64,000 bases of DNA from Candidatus Moraniibacteriota bacterium. Its GTDB lineage: Bacteria; Patescibacteriota; Minisyncoccia; Moranbacterales; GWC2-37-73. The position numbers were made by a program, and so were the translations under genes. Below the pieces are notes generated by a model that was not told where the DNA came from, ran no database searches, and saw nothing but the letters and a program-made list of their open reading frames with translations. This document shows, piece after piece, positions 48,595 to 58,216 of the stretch (position 1 is its first letter; each line of letters opens with the position of its first letter). The stretch spans positions 142,132 through 206,131 of the forward strand of contig DNVR01000019.1 of assembly GCA_003507445.1 (NCBI GenBank), given 5' to 3'.

Positions 48595-49719
48595 ATGTCA
48601 TCAATTTTTGTCGCGATTATTATAATAGGAATCTTGGCCGCTCTTTTGTGGCTTGTTTTTGATTTAAAAATGAAGGTTGTGGCGAGTAGTGATAACAAAG
48701 AAGAGAGAGAAAAGATGACGGCAATTTTGGAGCGCCTTCGGAATTTGAGCGAACAAAATCATCAAATGCGCACCGAAATAGACACAAAATTAACCGAAGC
48801 GCGGCGTTCTTCGAGTGAGCATATGCGCGACACAATTGAGACAGTCAAGGGGATTACGGGTCAATCAGCCAAGCTTATTAGCAATGTAACTGAAAAGCTG
48901 ACTAAGCTTGATGAAACAAATAGGCAAGTGGTTAATTTTTCGGCGCAACTTCAAAATTTGCAGGATATTTTGAAAAACCCAAAACAACGTGGAGTGCTGG
49001 GGGAATATTTTCTAGAAGAAACACTCAAAAACGTGCTGGGACCAAAGTCATATCAAATGCAATATAAATTGGGCAAGAGTGAAAAAACCGATCAAGATTT
49101 GATCGTTGATGCGGTTGTTTTTGTGAAAGACAAAATTGTTCCAATTGATTCAAAGTTTTCACTTGAGAATTATGAAAGAATCTTGAATTGCACTGATAGT
49201 GCAGAGCGTGAAAAATTTGAAAAATTGTTCAAACAGGATTTGAAAAATCGTATTGATGAAACTGCCAAATATATTCGTCCTGAAATGGGAACAATGGATT
49301 TTGCTTTTATGTTTATTCCTTCCGAAGCAATTTATTATGATTTGCTTGTAAACAAGGTTGGTGCAGCTCAAATTAACACGCGCGACTTGATTGAATATGC
49401 TTTTCAGGAAAAGAAAGTCATCATCGTTTCCCCGACATCATTTCTGGCATATTTGCAAACAGTGCTTCAAGGTCTCCGAGCTTTTCAAATTGAGGAAAAT
49501 GCCAAAGAGATTCGCGCCAATGTGGAAAAACTTGGAAAACATATTATTGCATATGAAGACTATTTGAAAAAATTGGGAAATAATCTCGGAACCACAGTAA
49601 ACAGTTTTAACACTGCATATAAAGAGCTTGGAAAAATAGATAAGGATGTCGCGAAAATAACTGAAGGAGAAAAAACAATTGAGCCTCTGGCTTTAGAAAA
49701 ACCACATGAACTTTTTTAA
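48595..49719 (+). CDS. rmuC: DNA recombination protein RmuC
   Basis: N-terminal TM, coiled coil, then QRGVLGEYFLEETLKNVL matching the RmuC xRGxWGExxLE motif. Confidence 0.7.
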   Translation: MSSIFVAIIIIGILAALLWLVFDLKMKVVASSDNKEEREKMTAILERLRNLSEQNHQMRTEIDTKLTEARRSSSEHMRDTIETVKGITGQSAKLISNVTEKLTKLDETNRQVVNFSAQLQNLQDILKNPKQRGVLGEYFLEETLKNVLGPKSYQMQYKLGKSEKTDQDLIVDAVVFVKDKIVPIDSKFSLENYERILNCTDSAEREKFEKLFKQDLKNRIDETAKYIRPEMGTMDFAFMFIPSEAIYYDLLVNKVGAAQINTRDLIEYAFQEKKVIIVSPTSFLAYLQTVLQGLRAFQIEENAKEIRANVEKLGKHIIAYEDYLKKLGNNLGTTVNSFNTAYKELGKIDKDVAKITEGEKTIEPLALEKPHELF

Positions 49720-50101
49720 GATTGAAAATATAAAATTAAAGCTAAAATACTTTTTTTCACAAGAGTTTTTTCGTAGTGCGCTAATTCAGTGGGTTATGAT
49801 CTGTGCATTTTTTGTTAATCTTGCAAATTGGGGTGCGATTGCATATTTCATCAGACCAGTTGATTTTCCTATCATTCTTCACTATAATGTATATTTCGGG
49901 GTGGATGTGATTGGGGCATGGTGGCAAATGTACTTTTTGCCCCTAATTGGATTGGTTATTCTGAGTGTAAATGCGGTATTGGGGTATTTGTTTTATCAGC
50001 AAAAAGAGCGAATAGTAGCCCATTTGTTGATGTTGGCAACCTTTATAGTTCAAATCTGCATCACTATTGCAGTATCAAGCCTGCTGTTGATAAACTACTA
50101 A
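49706..50101 (+). CDS. Hypothetical small membrane protein
   Basis: 3-4 TM helices; overlaps rmuC stop by 14 nt. Confidence 0.35.
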   Translation: MNFFKIENIKLKLKYFFSQEFFRSALIQWVMICAFFVNLANWGAIAYFIRPVDFPIILHYNVYFGVDVIGAWWQMYFLPLIGLVILSVNAVLGYLFYQQKERIVAHLLMLATFIVQICITIAVSSLLLINY

Positions 50102-50107
50102 TAATTA

Positions 50108-50165
50108 TTTGTCATCCTGAACTTGTTTCAGGATCTAGATTCCGGATCAAGTCCGGAATGACACA
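50108..50165. mobile_element. MITE-like element (compact copy): tttgtcatcctgaa...ggatcaagtcc ggaatgaca
   Basis: Shares the left terminus with 25585 and the hairpin/right terminus with 33207/55370 elements. Confidence 0.5.
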
Positions 50166-50171
50166 GCTATT

Positions 50172-51860
50172 ATGTTTTATTTTCCAAGTCCAAAAACAAC
50201 TGATTTGAAAGAACGAAGAGTTCAGCGCACATTGGAAATGATTCCGGGTATTTTGACATGGGTCACTCTTATTGGGATGTTGGTGGCTTCATTTTTGCTG
50301 CCAATTTGGATTGCAGTTTTTATCATAATGTTTGATATTTATTGGATTTATCGTACTATTTTTATTACTTATTATTCCATCGTTGCTTATAATAAACTTC
50401 AAAATGGTAAAATGATTGACTGGTGGGAAAGATGTCAAAATATCGTTCACCCAAAAGAATATGCTCAAACTATATACGACCGTATGGCGCAATTGAAATT
50501 GAGTCTTAGGAAGAACAAGATGACATTCACTGAAAGAAGAACTTTAAAAAGGGAGATTGCAAGACTGGCGGAATATAAAAGGGAAGTTCAATATATTGCA
50601 ACGGAAAAGATTGACGTGCTTGATTGGCGCAAAATTGTGCATGTTGTTCTTTTGCCGACCGCCAATGAACCTGCGGATGTTATTGAACCAGCTATCCAAG
50701 CTGTTGCTGACAGCAATTTCCCAAATCAACAGATTATTATTCTTCTGGCAACAGAGGAACGTGAAAATGAGCAAAACAGATTGGAGAAAGTAAATTATTT
50801 GCAGGATAAATTCAAAGGAGTTTTCAAGGACTTCTTGGTTACTACTCATGAAGTGCAAGATAATGAAATGAAATGCAAGGCATCAAATGCAACTTATGCC
50901 GCCAAGAAATTGATGGTGTATTTGGATGAAAGGGATATTGATTATAAGCGGGTTATTTTTTCAAATTTTGATTGTGACAGTGTGTGTCATCCTCAATATT
51001 TTGCAGCGCTAACTCATGCATATATTACTGATCCTAAGCGTCTGCAACGCTCATATCAGCCTTTGCCGATGTATCACAATAACATCTGGGATACTAATGC
51101 ATTTGTGCGCGTTATTGTGACAGGTTCTTCTTTTTGGCATATGTTTCAAAGCACAAGGGTGCAGATGGTAACTTTTTCATCACACTCTGAACCTTTTGAC
51201 ACATTGGTAAAGGTTAACTTTTGGCCTTTGGATATGATCAGTGAAGATTCGATTATATATTGGAAATGTTATGCTTATTATCACGGAGATTATATGGTAA
51301 GGCCTATTTATTTGCCGATTTCTCTTGATGCAGTTTTGGCTGAAACATATTGGAAAACTATCAAAAATCAATACAAGCAAAAAAGGCGTTGGGCATATGG
51401 AATTGAAAATTTTCCAGTGATTATGCGAGCTCTTTGGCCTGATAAGACAATTTCTTTGTATAGAAAATTTAGAATAGGATTTGAAATGATCGAAGGACAT
51501 CATTCTTGGGCAACGTCAGCCTTCATTTTGGCGCTCTTGGGTTGGCTACCACTCATCTTTGGTGGACCAGCCTTTAACCAAAGCGTGTTGGCTCACAATC
51601 TGCCTTTCGTGACTCGTTATTTGATGACTCTTGCAATGGGTGGATTGGTTATTTCGATGTTTCTTAGTTTTGTGCTTTTGCCACCGCGTCCTGCAAAATA
51701 TGGTAAAAAACGATATATCTATATGTTTTTGCAATGGTTTTTGGCTCCTATTATTGCACCTACACTCGGAGCTATTCCTGCCATTGATTCGCAGACGCGT
51801 ATTTTGTTCAAGCAATATTTTGGAGAATTTTGGGTAACAGACAAAATACGTAAGAAGTAG
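50172..51860 (+). CDS. Membrane glycosyltransferase family 2-like
   Basis: N- and C-terminal TM bundles flanking a GT-A-like domain (VVLLPTANEP...FSNFDCDSV). Confidence 0.55.
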   Translation: MFYFPSPKTTDLKERRVQRTLEMIPGILTWVTLIGMLVASFLLPIWIAVFIIMFDIYWIYRTIFITYYSIVAYNKLQNGKMIDWWERCQNIVHPKEYAQTIYDRMAQLKLSLRKNKMTFTERRTLKREIARLAEYKREVQYIATEKIDVLDWRKIVHVVLLPTANEPADVIEPAIQAVADSNFPNQQIIILLATEERENEQNRLEKVNYLQDKFKGVFKDFLVTTHEVQDNEMKCKASNATYAAKKLMVYLDERDIDYKRVIFSNFDCDSVCHPQYFAALTHAYITDPKRLQRSYQPLPMYHNNIWDTNAFVRVIVTGSSFWHMFQSTRVQMVTFSSHSEPFDTLVKVNFWPLDMISEDSIIYWKCYAYYHGDYMVRPIYLPISLDAVLAETYWKTIKNQYKQKRRWAYGIENFPVIMRALWPDKTISLYRKFRIGFEMIEGHHSWATSAFILALLGWLPLIFGGPAFNQSVLAHNLPFVTRYLMTLAMGGLVISMFLSFVLLPPRPAKYGKKRYIYMFLQWFLAPIIAPTLGAIPAIDSQTRILFKQYFGEFWVTDKIRKK

Positions 51861-51865
51861 TTAAT

Positions 51866-53320
51866 ATGGACTATTCTCTTTATTTAATGCCGATGTTTTC
51901 TTCTTTGCTGATTTCAGTATCGCTGCTTATTTTATTGATTTCATTTGGCCAAAAATATTCAAATGATGATGGTAGGACTTCCAATAGACATATTCATAAA
52001 AAAGGAATTTTGCGTTTTGGTGGGATAGCTTTAATTTTATCCTTTTTGTTTGCAATCTTGTTGGACAAAAATCTTGTCATAGGCGCGCCCTTGCTTGGCG
52101 TGCTTTTTGGTTCTTTGCTAATTTTGGTTTTGGGTGTTATTGATGATTTCAAGCAAATAGTATGGAAAAAACAACTTTTCTTTCAATTTTTGATTGTGAT
52201 TTTTGTGTATATTATGGGTGTGCATCTCGAATATGTGACAAATCCTTTTGGTGGAGTGCTGATGCTTGATGCTGATTGGGGATACGTATTTGGTTTTTTG
52301 ATTTCCACTGTATGGATTATCTTTCTTATGAATGCAATGAATTGGATTGATGGCATTGATGGTGTGGTTGGGGGTGTTGGACTCATTGGAATAATAGCGA
52401 TTTTCTTTTTAAGTTTACGGCCGGAAGTTAATCAGCCTCCTATCGGAATTATTGCGGCTGCTTTTGCAGGCAGTCTTGTTGCATTTTTGTTTTTTAATTT
52501 TTATCCCGCAAAAATTTTAGCCGGGAGTAGCGGCTCGATGTTTATAGGTTTTATTTTGGCGGTTCTGGCGATTTTCGCTGGAGCAAAAATCGCAACCACC
52601 TTGCTTGTGCTGGCCGTGCCCATTATCGATGCGCTCTGGGTTATTGGTGAGCGCTTCAAAGCAGGAGTTTCAATTTTTTCGGGAGATAGAAGACATCTGC
52701 ATTTTAGGCTGCTGGAGCTTGGTTGGTCGCAAAGAAGCATTTGTCTTTTTTATTACACAATAACGGCGTTAGTTGCATTTATAGCACTTAACACGCAAGC
52801 TTTGGAAAAAATGATTGCACTTTTTCTCGTCACGATCGTTGTGCTTGTGTTTTTCGTGATTATTCGCAGAAAAATGGAAATTAAAAAAATAGTGTTATTG
52901 ATTTCGGCGCTTGTTATTTTTGTGTTTGCGATTGGTTATGTGTCAAAAAGGGTATATTCTTTTGCTGGCAATCGAATTGTTGCTGCTAATATTAAAAATA
53001 ATATTTTTTATGCCGAAGTTGTTTCCAGTAGTCAGAAAATGCAAAAAGGACTGGGCGGTAGAGTTGGTATTTGCGAGAATTGTGGTATGCTCTTTGAATT
53101 TCAAAAATCTTCGCAACATGCATTTTGGATGAAAGATATGAAATTTCCTTTGGATATCTTGTGGATTTTGAAAAATGAAATTGTTTATATTGAAAAAAAC
53201 ATCAAACCAGATTTGGTTGGCATTCTTATGCCAAATAGCGATGCAGATAAGGTTTTGGAGCTTAACGCCGGCACGGTGGACGGTCTTGGCATTGAGATTG
53301 GGGACACGGTTACCTTTTAG
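51866..53320 (+). CDS. WecA/MraY-family polyprenyl-phosphate N-acetylhexosamine-1-P transferase fused to C-terminal DUF192-like domain
   Basis: RFGGIALILSF...LVLGVIDDFKQI is the GT4 MraY/WecA signature with Asp-Asp motif; about 10 TM. C-terminal FPLDILWILKNEIVYIEKN...NAGTVDGLGIEIGDTV resembles DUF192. Confidence 0.6.
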   Translation: MDYSLYLMPMFSSLLISVSLLILLISFGQKYSNDDGRTSNRHIHKKGILRFGGIALILSFLFAILLDKNLVIGAPLLGVLFGSLLILVLGVIDDFKQIVWKKQLFFQFLIVIFVYIMGVHLEYVTNPFGGVLMLDADWGYVFGFLISTVWIIFLMNAMNWIDGIDGVVGGVGLIGIIAIFFLSLRPEVNQPPIGIIAAAFAGSLVAFLFFNFYPAKILAGSSGSMFIGFILAVLAIFAGAKIATTLLVLAVPIIDALWVIGERFKAGVSIFSGDRRHLHFRLLELGWSQRSICLFYYTITALVAFIALNTQALEKMIALFLVTIVVLVFFVIIRRKMEIKKIVLLISALVIFVFAIGYVSKRVYSFAGNRIVAANIKNNIFYAEVVSSSQKMQKGLGGRVGICENCGMLFEFQKSSQHAFWMKDMKFPLDILWILKNEIVYIEKNIKPDLVGILMPNSDADKVLELNAGTVDGLGIEIGDTVTF

Positions 53321-53346
53321 CTGCTAAACACAATTTATGCTTCTAA

Positions 53347-53480
53347 GTCTCAATAGATTGGTGCATTTTTGTTTTGCCTGTTTTCTTTTGAGGCAACAGA
53401 GAGCGACAGCGAACTCTTAGCGAGCAATCATAGTTCTTCGATTGCGAAGCGTGCCGAGAAGGGAAGCAGGCAAAACAAAA
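53347..53480. repeat. Invertible-element copy B (same flanks as 23122-23255, core inverted)
   Basis: Identical 33-bp left flank+IR and 14-bp right IR. Core equals the reverse complement of copy A core with 2 mismatches. Confidence 0.7.
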
Positions 53481-53546
53481 GCTCCTTTTTTTGAGCTATA
53501 ACTTTAGTGTGGTTTTTTTTGGGAAAACAAGAAAAATAGGCAACAT

Positions 53547-53572
53547 AAAACCCCGCTTTTGCGGGGTTTTAT
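53547..53572. terminator. Bidirectional terminator aaaaccccgcttttgcggggtttt
   Basis: Perfect stem ccccgc/gcgggg with A/T runs, between convergent genes. Confidence 0.6.
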
Positions 53573-53637
53573 GTTTTTAACTTCTTTTCCGGAAAAGAAC
53601 AGTTTTGTGAAACAAATATTTTCTTAAATTTTTTCAC

Positions 53638-54246
53638 TTAGAGTGAAGAAACTCGAGCTGAATATTTTTGAAGATTTTTCAACTGGTTTTCATTAAGTGT
53701 CTTGGATGCAGCAATTGCTTTTTGGATCAAATCTTTTGAAAATTCTACATTTGTTCCAACGCGAACGCCACCTTTATGTCCAACAGCTTTTCTTAGGTAA
53801 TCTTCGATGTAGATCTTGTGTTCTTTTGTCAAAGTTGAATCCTGGTTTTTTTCGAGATAATTCGCAGTTGCTCTACGAGCAAGAACAGTCAATCCGTCAC
53901 CTCTACCTGCAGTTTCAACGAATGAAACCTCGGTTTCTTTGCTTGTTTGAGCAGGAGAAACAGCTGGTTTGGTGTCTTTGTTTTCTGTTACTTTTGCTTC
54001 TTCTGTTTTGTCAGCAACTTTTTCTTCGTCAGTGGTTGCGTCGCTTTCTTCAGTTGCTTGCTGCTGATCAGCTACGATAGGAGAATCTGTTCTTTTTGAA
54101 TATGAATAAATTCCTCCGGCAATGATAATAACGATTGCAACACTGATGATAATGCGAAGATTATCTTGAAACCATCTTTTTAGTTGTTCAGACTTCTCTT
54201 CTTGGGTTTCTGTTTCTGGTGTGTATTCTTCCATATGTGATTTCAC
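53638..54246 (-). CDS. Hypothetical membrane-anchored protein
   Basis: SD aaggaaggtga upstream. Single TM (IIISVAIVIIIAGGIYSY), acidic Thr/Glu-rich linker, conserved-looking C-terminal domain. Confidence 0.45.
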   Translation of the reverse strand: MKSHMEEYTPETETQEEKSEQLKRWFQDNLRIIISVAIVIIIAGGIYSYSKRTDSPIVADQQQATEESDATTDEEKVADKTEEAKVTENKDTKPAVSPAQTSKETEVSFVETAGRGDGLTVLARRATANYLEKNQDSTLTKEHKIYIEDYLRKAVGHKGGVRVGTNVEFSKDLIQKAIAASKTLNENQLKNLQKYSARVSSL

Positions 54247-54299
54247 CTTCCTTTCTAGTTTAATCCCGCGTCCAGTGAGGATGCGGGAATTGAATGATT

Positions 54300-55080
54300 A
54301 ATTGTCAAAGGGCGCTTTCGTTGAAGCTTTATCCGCCTCTGGCGATTTCAATCGCTTTAGGAGACAAATTCTTCCTTTAGTCTTTTCATTGTATCTTAGC
54401 CAAATTTGAGCGTCAACTAGACAAAAAGCCTGTTTTTTGGCGTAATAAAGCATAAAACATATAGCGTACAACATGCAACAAACAACAAACAACATTGTAA
54501 CCCCAGTTAAATATTGTGGAGTACCACAATTTAACAGGATAAATATATAACAAAAAATAATATAAATTGATGTAAAATTATTGGTTTATAATTTATAACA
54601 AAGTTTAAATAAAATATTTTTTTATAAAAATATGAGAGATTGAAAAATACAAAAAGTTAAAAAATAATTTTTTCAAAAAAAAGTCTGCGTAGAAAATATT
54701 TTTTAGAAATTTTATTTCAAGATAGATGTATAAATATAATGTGAGATAAGATAGTGGATATGGTGTTAAAATGTTTTTTAAAATTTAAAAGTTAAAATTT
54801 AAAATTTTGTGATGCTGTGGATAACTTTTTTGCATTGCTTTTTAAAAAATATCCACTATAATTAAGGTAATGGAAAAAAGATTTTTTGAAAATATTTTTT
54901 CTGTGAAATAAAAACATTAAAAGCAAAAATTAAAAATTAAAAATATTTGTTTTCTGAAAAAGTATTTAGAACTTTAGACTTTGGCCCGCACCTTTTCTGA
55001 TGATTGCAATTGAAATCAAAAGAGATGGTGCGGGACAAACGAGTCTTGCTAGATATTCGTATAAGAGCAAATTTACGAAA
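54300..55080. promoter_or_regulatory. AT-rich ORF-free region with clustered DnaA-box matches (candidate oriC or DnaA-regulated region)
   Basis: TGTGGATAA at 54816-54824 (9/9 to reverse complement of TTATCCACA), TAGTGGATA at 54752-54760, TATCCACTA at 54850-54858, weaker TTATCCGCC at 54328. Long A/T tracts 54540-54720. Confidence 0.4.
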
Positions 55081-55094
55081 GGAGGTGTTTTACC

Positions 55095-55265
55095 ATGGCA
55101 GTTAAAAAAGCAAAAAAGAAAGTTGCAAAAAAAGTAGTTAAAAAAGTTGCAAAGAAAGCTGTAAAAAAAGCAGTTAAAACTGTAAAAAAAGCAGTTAAAA
55201 AAGCAGCTCCAAAAAAAGCTGTAAAGAAAGTTGCAAAAAGAAAAGTAGCAAAGAAACGAAAATAG
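55095..55265 (+). CDS. Lysine/alanine-rich histone-like small basic protein (Hc1/H1-like KKAVKK repeats), 56 aa
   Basis: Strong SD aaaggaggtg 7 nt upstream of ATG; terminator downstream. Not in ORF track (<60 aa). The antisense ORF 55073..55303 is an artefact. Confidence 0.6.
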   Translation: MAVKKAKKKVAKKVVKKVAKKAVKKAVKTVKKAVKKAAPKKAVKKVAKRKVAKKRK

Positions 55266-55327
55266 TTTTCTTTTGATACATGTTTTTTATTTTTTGGCTT
55301 CATTGAAAGCCTAAATATATCAACAAA

Positions 55328-55358
55328 CTAAAACCCGCCAATTTGGCGGGTTTTAGTT
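55328..55358 (+). terminator. Rho-independent terminator aaaacccgccaatttggcgggtttt
   Basis: Stem cccgcc/ggcggg + T-run. Confidence 0.6.
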
Positions 55359-55369
55359 TTGAGGAAAAG

Positions 55370-55488
55370 TTGTCATTCCGGACTTGATCCGGAATTCAGG
55401 ATTAGCACGTTAAACTTTAAATAATATTTTTCTCAATTTTAAATCCGTAGTTCAAATCCTGGATTCCCGCCTACGCGGGAATGATAAT
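55370..55488. mobile_element. MITE-like element (ttgtcattcc-GGACTTGATCC-ggaattcagg ... cctggattcc-CGCCTACGCG-ggaatgataa)
   Basis: Same architecture as 33207-33328; internal hairpin stems differ by compensatory changes. Confidence 0.6.
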
Positions 55489-55495
55489 GAATTTT

Positions 55496-56386
55496 TTATT
55501 TAATTTCTATTTTACACACTCTCCATTTACCAGCTAAGTCTTTTTTGAATTCTGGCTTGGTTTTTGGGAAAATGCTTTTGATAAGTTTTGCGAGTGGTTG
55601 TTTTTGCTCGGGACTGATCTCTAAAAAACATGTGACATGTGACAATTGACAATTGGCAAGAAAATCCTGGAGTTGTTCTAATAATTTGCGGTAATGTTGC
55701 AGTCCGGCTTCTGGACTGTAAAGTGCAGATTTTGGTTCGAATTTTTTGACATCAATTGGAGCTGAAGAATAAATTTCTTTTGAGAGATAGGGAAGATTAG
55801 CCACGATTACTATCGTGGAATTTCCAATTTCCAATTTCCAATTTCCAATAAATGGTTCAAGTAAACTTCCGTGGAGGAATTTGATTTTTTTATCAACGCC
55901 ATTCGCGGCAGCATTTTTCTTGGCAATGGTTAATGCTTCCTTGCTGATGTCGATTCCAAAGTATTCAACTTTGTCATTCCCGCGGAGGCGGGAATCCAGG
56001 TTTGCGATGGAGATAATAATATTTCCAGATCCTGTCCCAATGTCAACAATTCCTAAATTGGAAATTGGAAATTGGAAATTGGAAATTTCGTTGAGCACCA
56101 GCTCAACGAGTAGTTCCGTTTCTGGTCTTGGGACGAGAGTGTGTTTATTTACGATAAAATCCAATCCATAAAATTCCTTATGACCAAGGATGTAGGCGAT
56201 AGGCTCTCCTTTGAGGCGACGATTAATTTGAAATTTGAAATTTGAAATTTGAAATTTTGTTAATTTATATTCTGGATATGTTAAAACAAACTCCCTTGTT
56301 TTACCAAGAGAGTTTGCTATTAGGATTTCTAAATCCAAATAGTCTAGTTTATTTGTATATTTTTGGATAATTTCTGAAATTGTCAT
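55496..56386 (-). CDS. prmC: Release factor glutamine N5-methyltransferase PrmC/HemK
   Basis: VDIGTGSGNIIISIA SAM motif I and VANLPY (NPPY-like) motif IV. Adjacent to prfA. Carries several in-frame inserts derived from heptamer repeats and a MITE half-site (LDSRLRGNDK). Confidence 0.8.
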   Translation of the reverse strand: MTISEIIQKYTNKLDYLDLEILIANSLGKTREFVLTYPEYKLTKFQISNFKFQINRRLKGEPIAYILGHKEFYGLDFIVNKHTLVPRPETELLVELVLNEISNFQFPISNLGIVDIGTGSGNIIISIANLDSRLRGNDKVEYFGIDISKEALTIAKKNAAANGVDKKIKFLHGSLLEPFIGNWKLEIGNSTIVIVANLPYLSKEIYSSAPIDVKKFEPKSALYSPEAGLQHYRKLLEQLQDFLANCQLSHVTCFLEISPEQKQPLAKLIKSIFPKTKPEFKKDLAGKWRVCKIEIK

Positions 56387-56418
56387 TTTGAAATTGAGAT
56401 TTTATTAGACATTAGAAA

Positions 56419-57492
56419 TTAGGAATTAGACATTTTTAACCTCGTGTCTTCTTCTCGGATAGCTTCAATAATAGGGTCGATGTTTCCATCCAAAATTCCT
56501 TCCATATTGCTCCAAGATTGTTTGATGCGATGGTCAGTAATGCGATCTTGTGGATAATTGTAAGTTCTGATTTTTTCAGAGCGGTCGCCGGTTCCAACTT
56601 GGCTTTTGCGAGCATCTCCCAATTCTTTGGCCTTTCTTTCTTCTTCGGCTTGCAAAAGACGAGAGCGCAAAACTTTCATAGCCTTGTCTTTGTTTTTGAG
56701 TTGTGATTTTTCATCTTGGCAGGAAACAACCACGCCAGTTGGAATATGCGTAATACGCACGGCACTTTTGGTTGTGTTTACTGATTGTCCTCCAGGACCG
56801 GATGAACAAAAAGTGTCGATTCGCAAATCGTTTTCACTGATAACCAAATCAACCTCTTCAGCTTCAGCGAGAACAGCCACGGTTGCAGTTGAAGTATGGA
56901 TTCGTCCTTGTTTCTCTGTTTCAGGAATTCTTTGCACTCGATGCACTCCAGATTCGAATTTCATTTTTTGATAAACTGGATTTGTTGGGGTTCCGCTAAT
57001 TTCGAAAACAACTTCCTTGAAGCCTCCTAATTCTGTGCGATTTGAATTTAACACATCCAGCTTCCAATTGTTTTTCTCGGCAAATTTGGAATACATACGA
57101 AAAAGGCTGGCAGCAAAAAGAGCAGATTCATCTCCGCCTGCACCACCACGAATTTCCACAATAATGTTTTTGTCATCATTTGGATCTTTTGGCAAAAGCA
57201 TTATTTCAAGTTCTTTTTCAATCTCAGCTTTTCTTTTTGCTAATTCAATGTTTTCAGTTGTTGCCATTTCTTTCATTTCTGCGTCGTCGTCGGTGTTCAT
57301 AATTTCAGCATTGCCTTTCATTTCTTGCTCAATTTTTTCATATTCATTGATTTTCTGCATCAATCCTTGAAGTTCACTTTGGCGTTTGCCAAGCTGTGCC
57401 ATTTTTTTTGCATCATTAAAAATCTCCGGAGAACTTAGCTCGGCCGTGATTTCGTTATATTCCTTTTTAATTGCATCTAATTGTGATTTCAT
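56419..57492 (-). CDS. prfA: Peptide chain release factor 1
   Basis: [23 protein letters not shown] motif and the PxT-type RF1 decoding region. Confidence 0.92.
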   Translation of the reverse strand: MKSQLDAIKKEYNEITAELSSPEIFNDAKKMAQLGKRQSELQGLMQKINEYEKIEQEMKGNAEIMNTDDDAEMKEMATTENIELAKRKAEIEKELEIMLLPKDPNDDKNIIVEIRGGAGGDESALFAASLFRMYSKFAEKNNWKLDVLNSNRTELGGFKEVVFEISGTPTNPVYQKMKFESGVHRVQRIPETEKQGRIHTSTATVAVLAEAEEVDLVISENDLRIDTFCSSGPGGQSVNTTKSAVRITHIPTGVVVSCQDEKSQLKNKDKAMKVLRSRLLQAEEERKAKELGDARKSQVGTGDRSEKIRTYNYPQDRITDHRIKQSWSNMEGILDGNIDPIIEAIREEDTRLKMSNS

Positions 57493-57553
57493 TGATTTTT
57501 TGTTACAATACAGCTATAATTTTAGCTTTAAAAAAGGGAAAAGTCAAACACTT

Positions 57554-57802
57554 ATGAAAAATAAAAAAATGTTAAATTCCTTAACGCAGTTTGCTCTGCC
57601 AGTTTTAACATTGGGTGGACAATTTGCTATTGCAATTAAATTTCCAAAATACGGTTTATTGTTGGCACTGGCTTCACAACCATTTTGGCTGTATTCATCT
57701 TGGAAGGCTTACAGAGAAGCTGGGCAAATTGGCATATTTATTAACACAGTGTTTTTTTGTTTAATAACTTTGTTTGGTGTTGTGAATTACTGGGTATTTT
57801 AA
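57554..57802 (+). CDS. Hypothetical small membrane protein
   Basis: About 83 aa with 2-3 TM helices, followed by a hairpin terminator. Confidence 0.35.
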   Translation: MKNKKMLNSLTQFALPVLTLGGQFAIAIKFPKYGLLLALASQPFWLYSSWKAYREAGQIGIFINTVFFCLITLFGVVNYWVF

Positions 57803-57849
57803 AAAGGAGTCCTTTCGGACCCCTTTTTAATTTCAAGAAGATGTTTGTC

Positions 57850-58095
57850 TTATTTTTTAACTCGTGCTTTTTTTGGTGCAACTTTCTTGGCAGCAGCCTT
57901 TTCAGCAAGTTTTTTGAAGCGATCAACACGTCCTGTTGTGTCGAGGACTTTCTTTTTACCAGTATAAAAAGGATGACAAGCTGAGCAGATTTCAACGTTC
58001 ATTTCTTTCAATGTTGAACCTGTTTGCAGTGTTGCTCCACAAGAGCAAATTATTTTTGCATCGCTGTGATATTCGGGGTGGATTTTCTTTTTCAT
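57850..58095 (-). CDS. rpmE: 50S ribosomal protein L31
   Basis: [10 protein letters not shown]...[13 protein letters not shown]...[11 protein letters not shown] is the L31 zinc-ribbon. Confidence 0.85.
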   Translation of the reverse strand: MKKKIHPEYHSDAKIICSCGATLQTGSTLKEMNVEICSACHPFYTGKKKVLDTTGRVDRFKKLAEKAAAKKVAPKKARVKK

Positions 58096-58187
58096 AAGGT
58101 CTACAAAATTACAAATAATTACAAAAATACAAAATTACAAATAATTCAAGAATTTGTACTCAGAAAGCCTAACATAGTAAGAGAAAA

Positions 58188-58216
58188 TTGACAAGGGGTG
58201 GGTCCTGCGCTATACT
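58188..58216 (+). promoter_or_regulatory. sigma70 promoter TTGACA-N17-TATACT for rpsB-tsf with ~200-nt leader
   Basis: Seen directly. The long leader may hold the S2 autoregulatory structure known in other bacteria. Confidence 0.5.

Noticed and set aside
55073-55303. Minus-strand 76-aa ORF rich in Phe/Thr/Ala in the ORF track
   Set aside because: It is the antisense reading of the lysine-codon (AAA/AAG) repeats of the plus-strand histone-like gene. The plus-strand gene has an SD and terminator, so the minus ORF is treated as an artefact.
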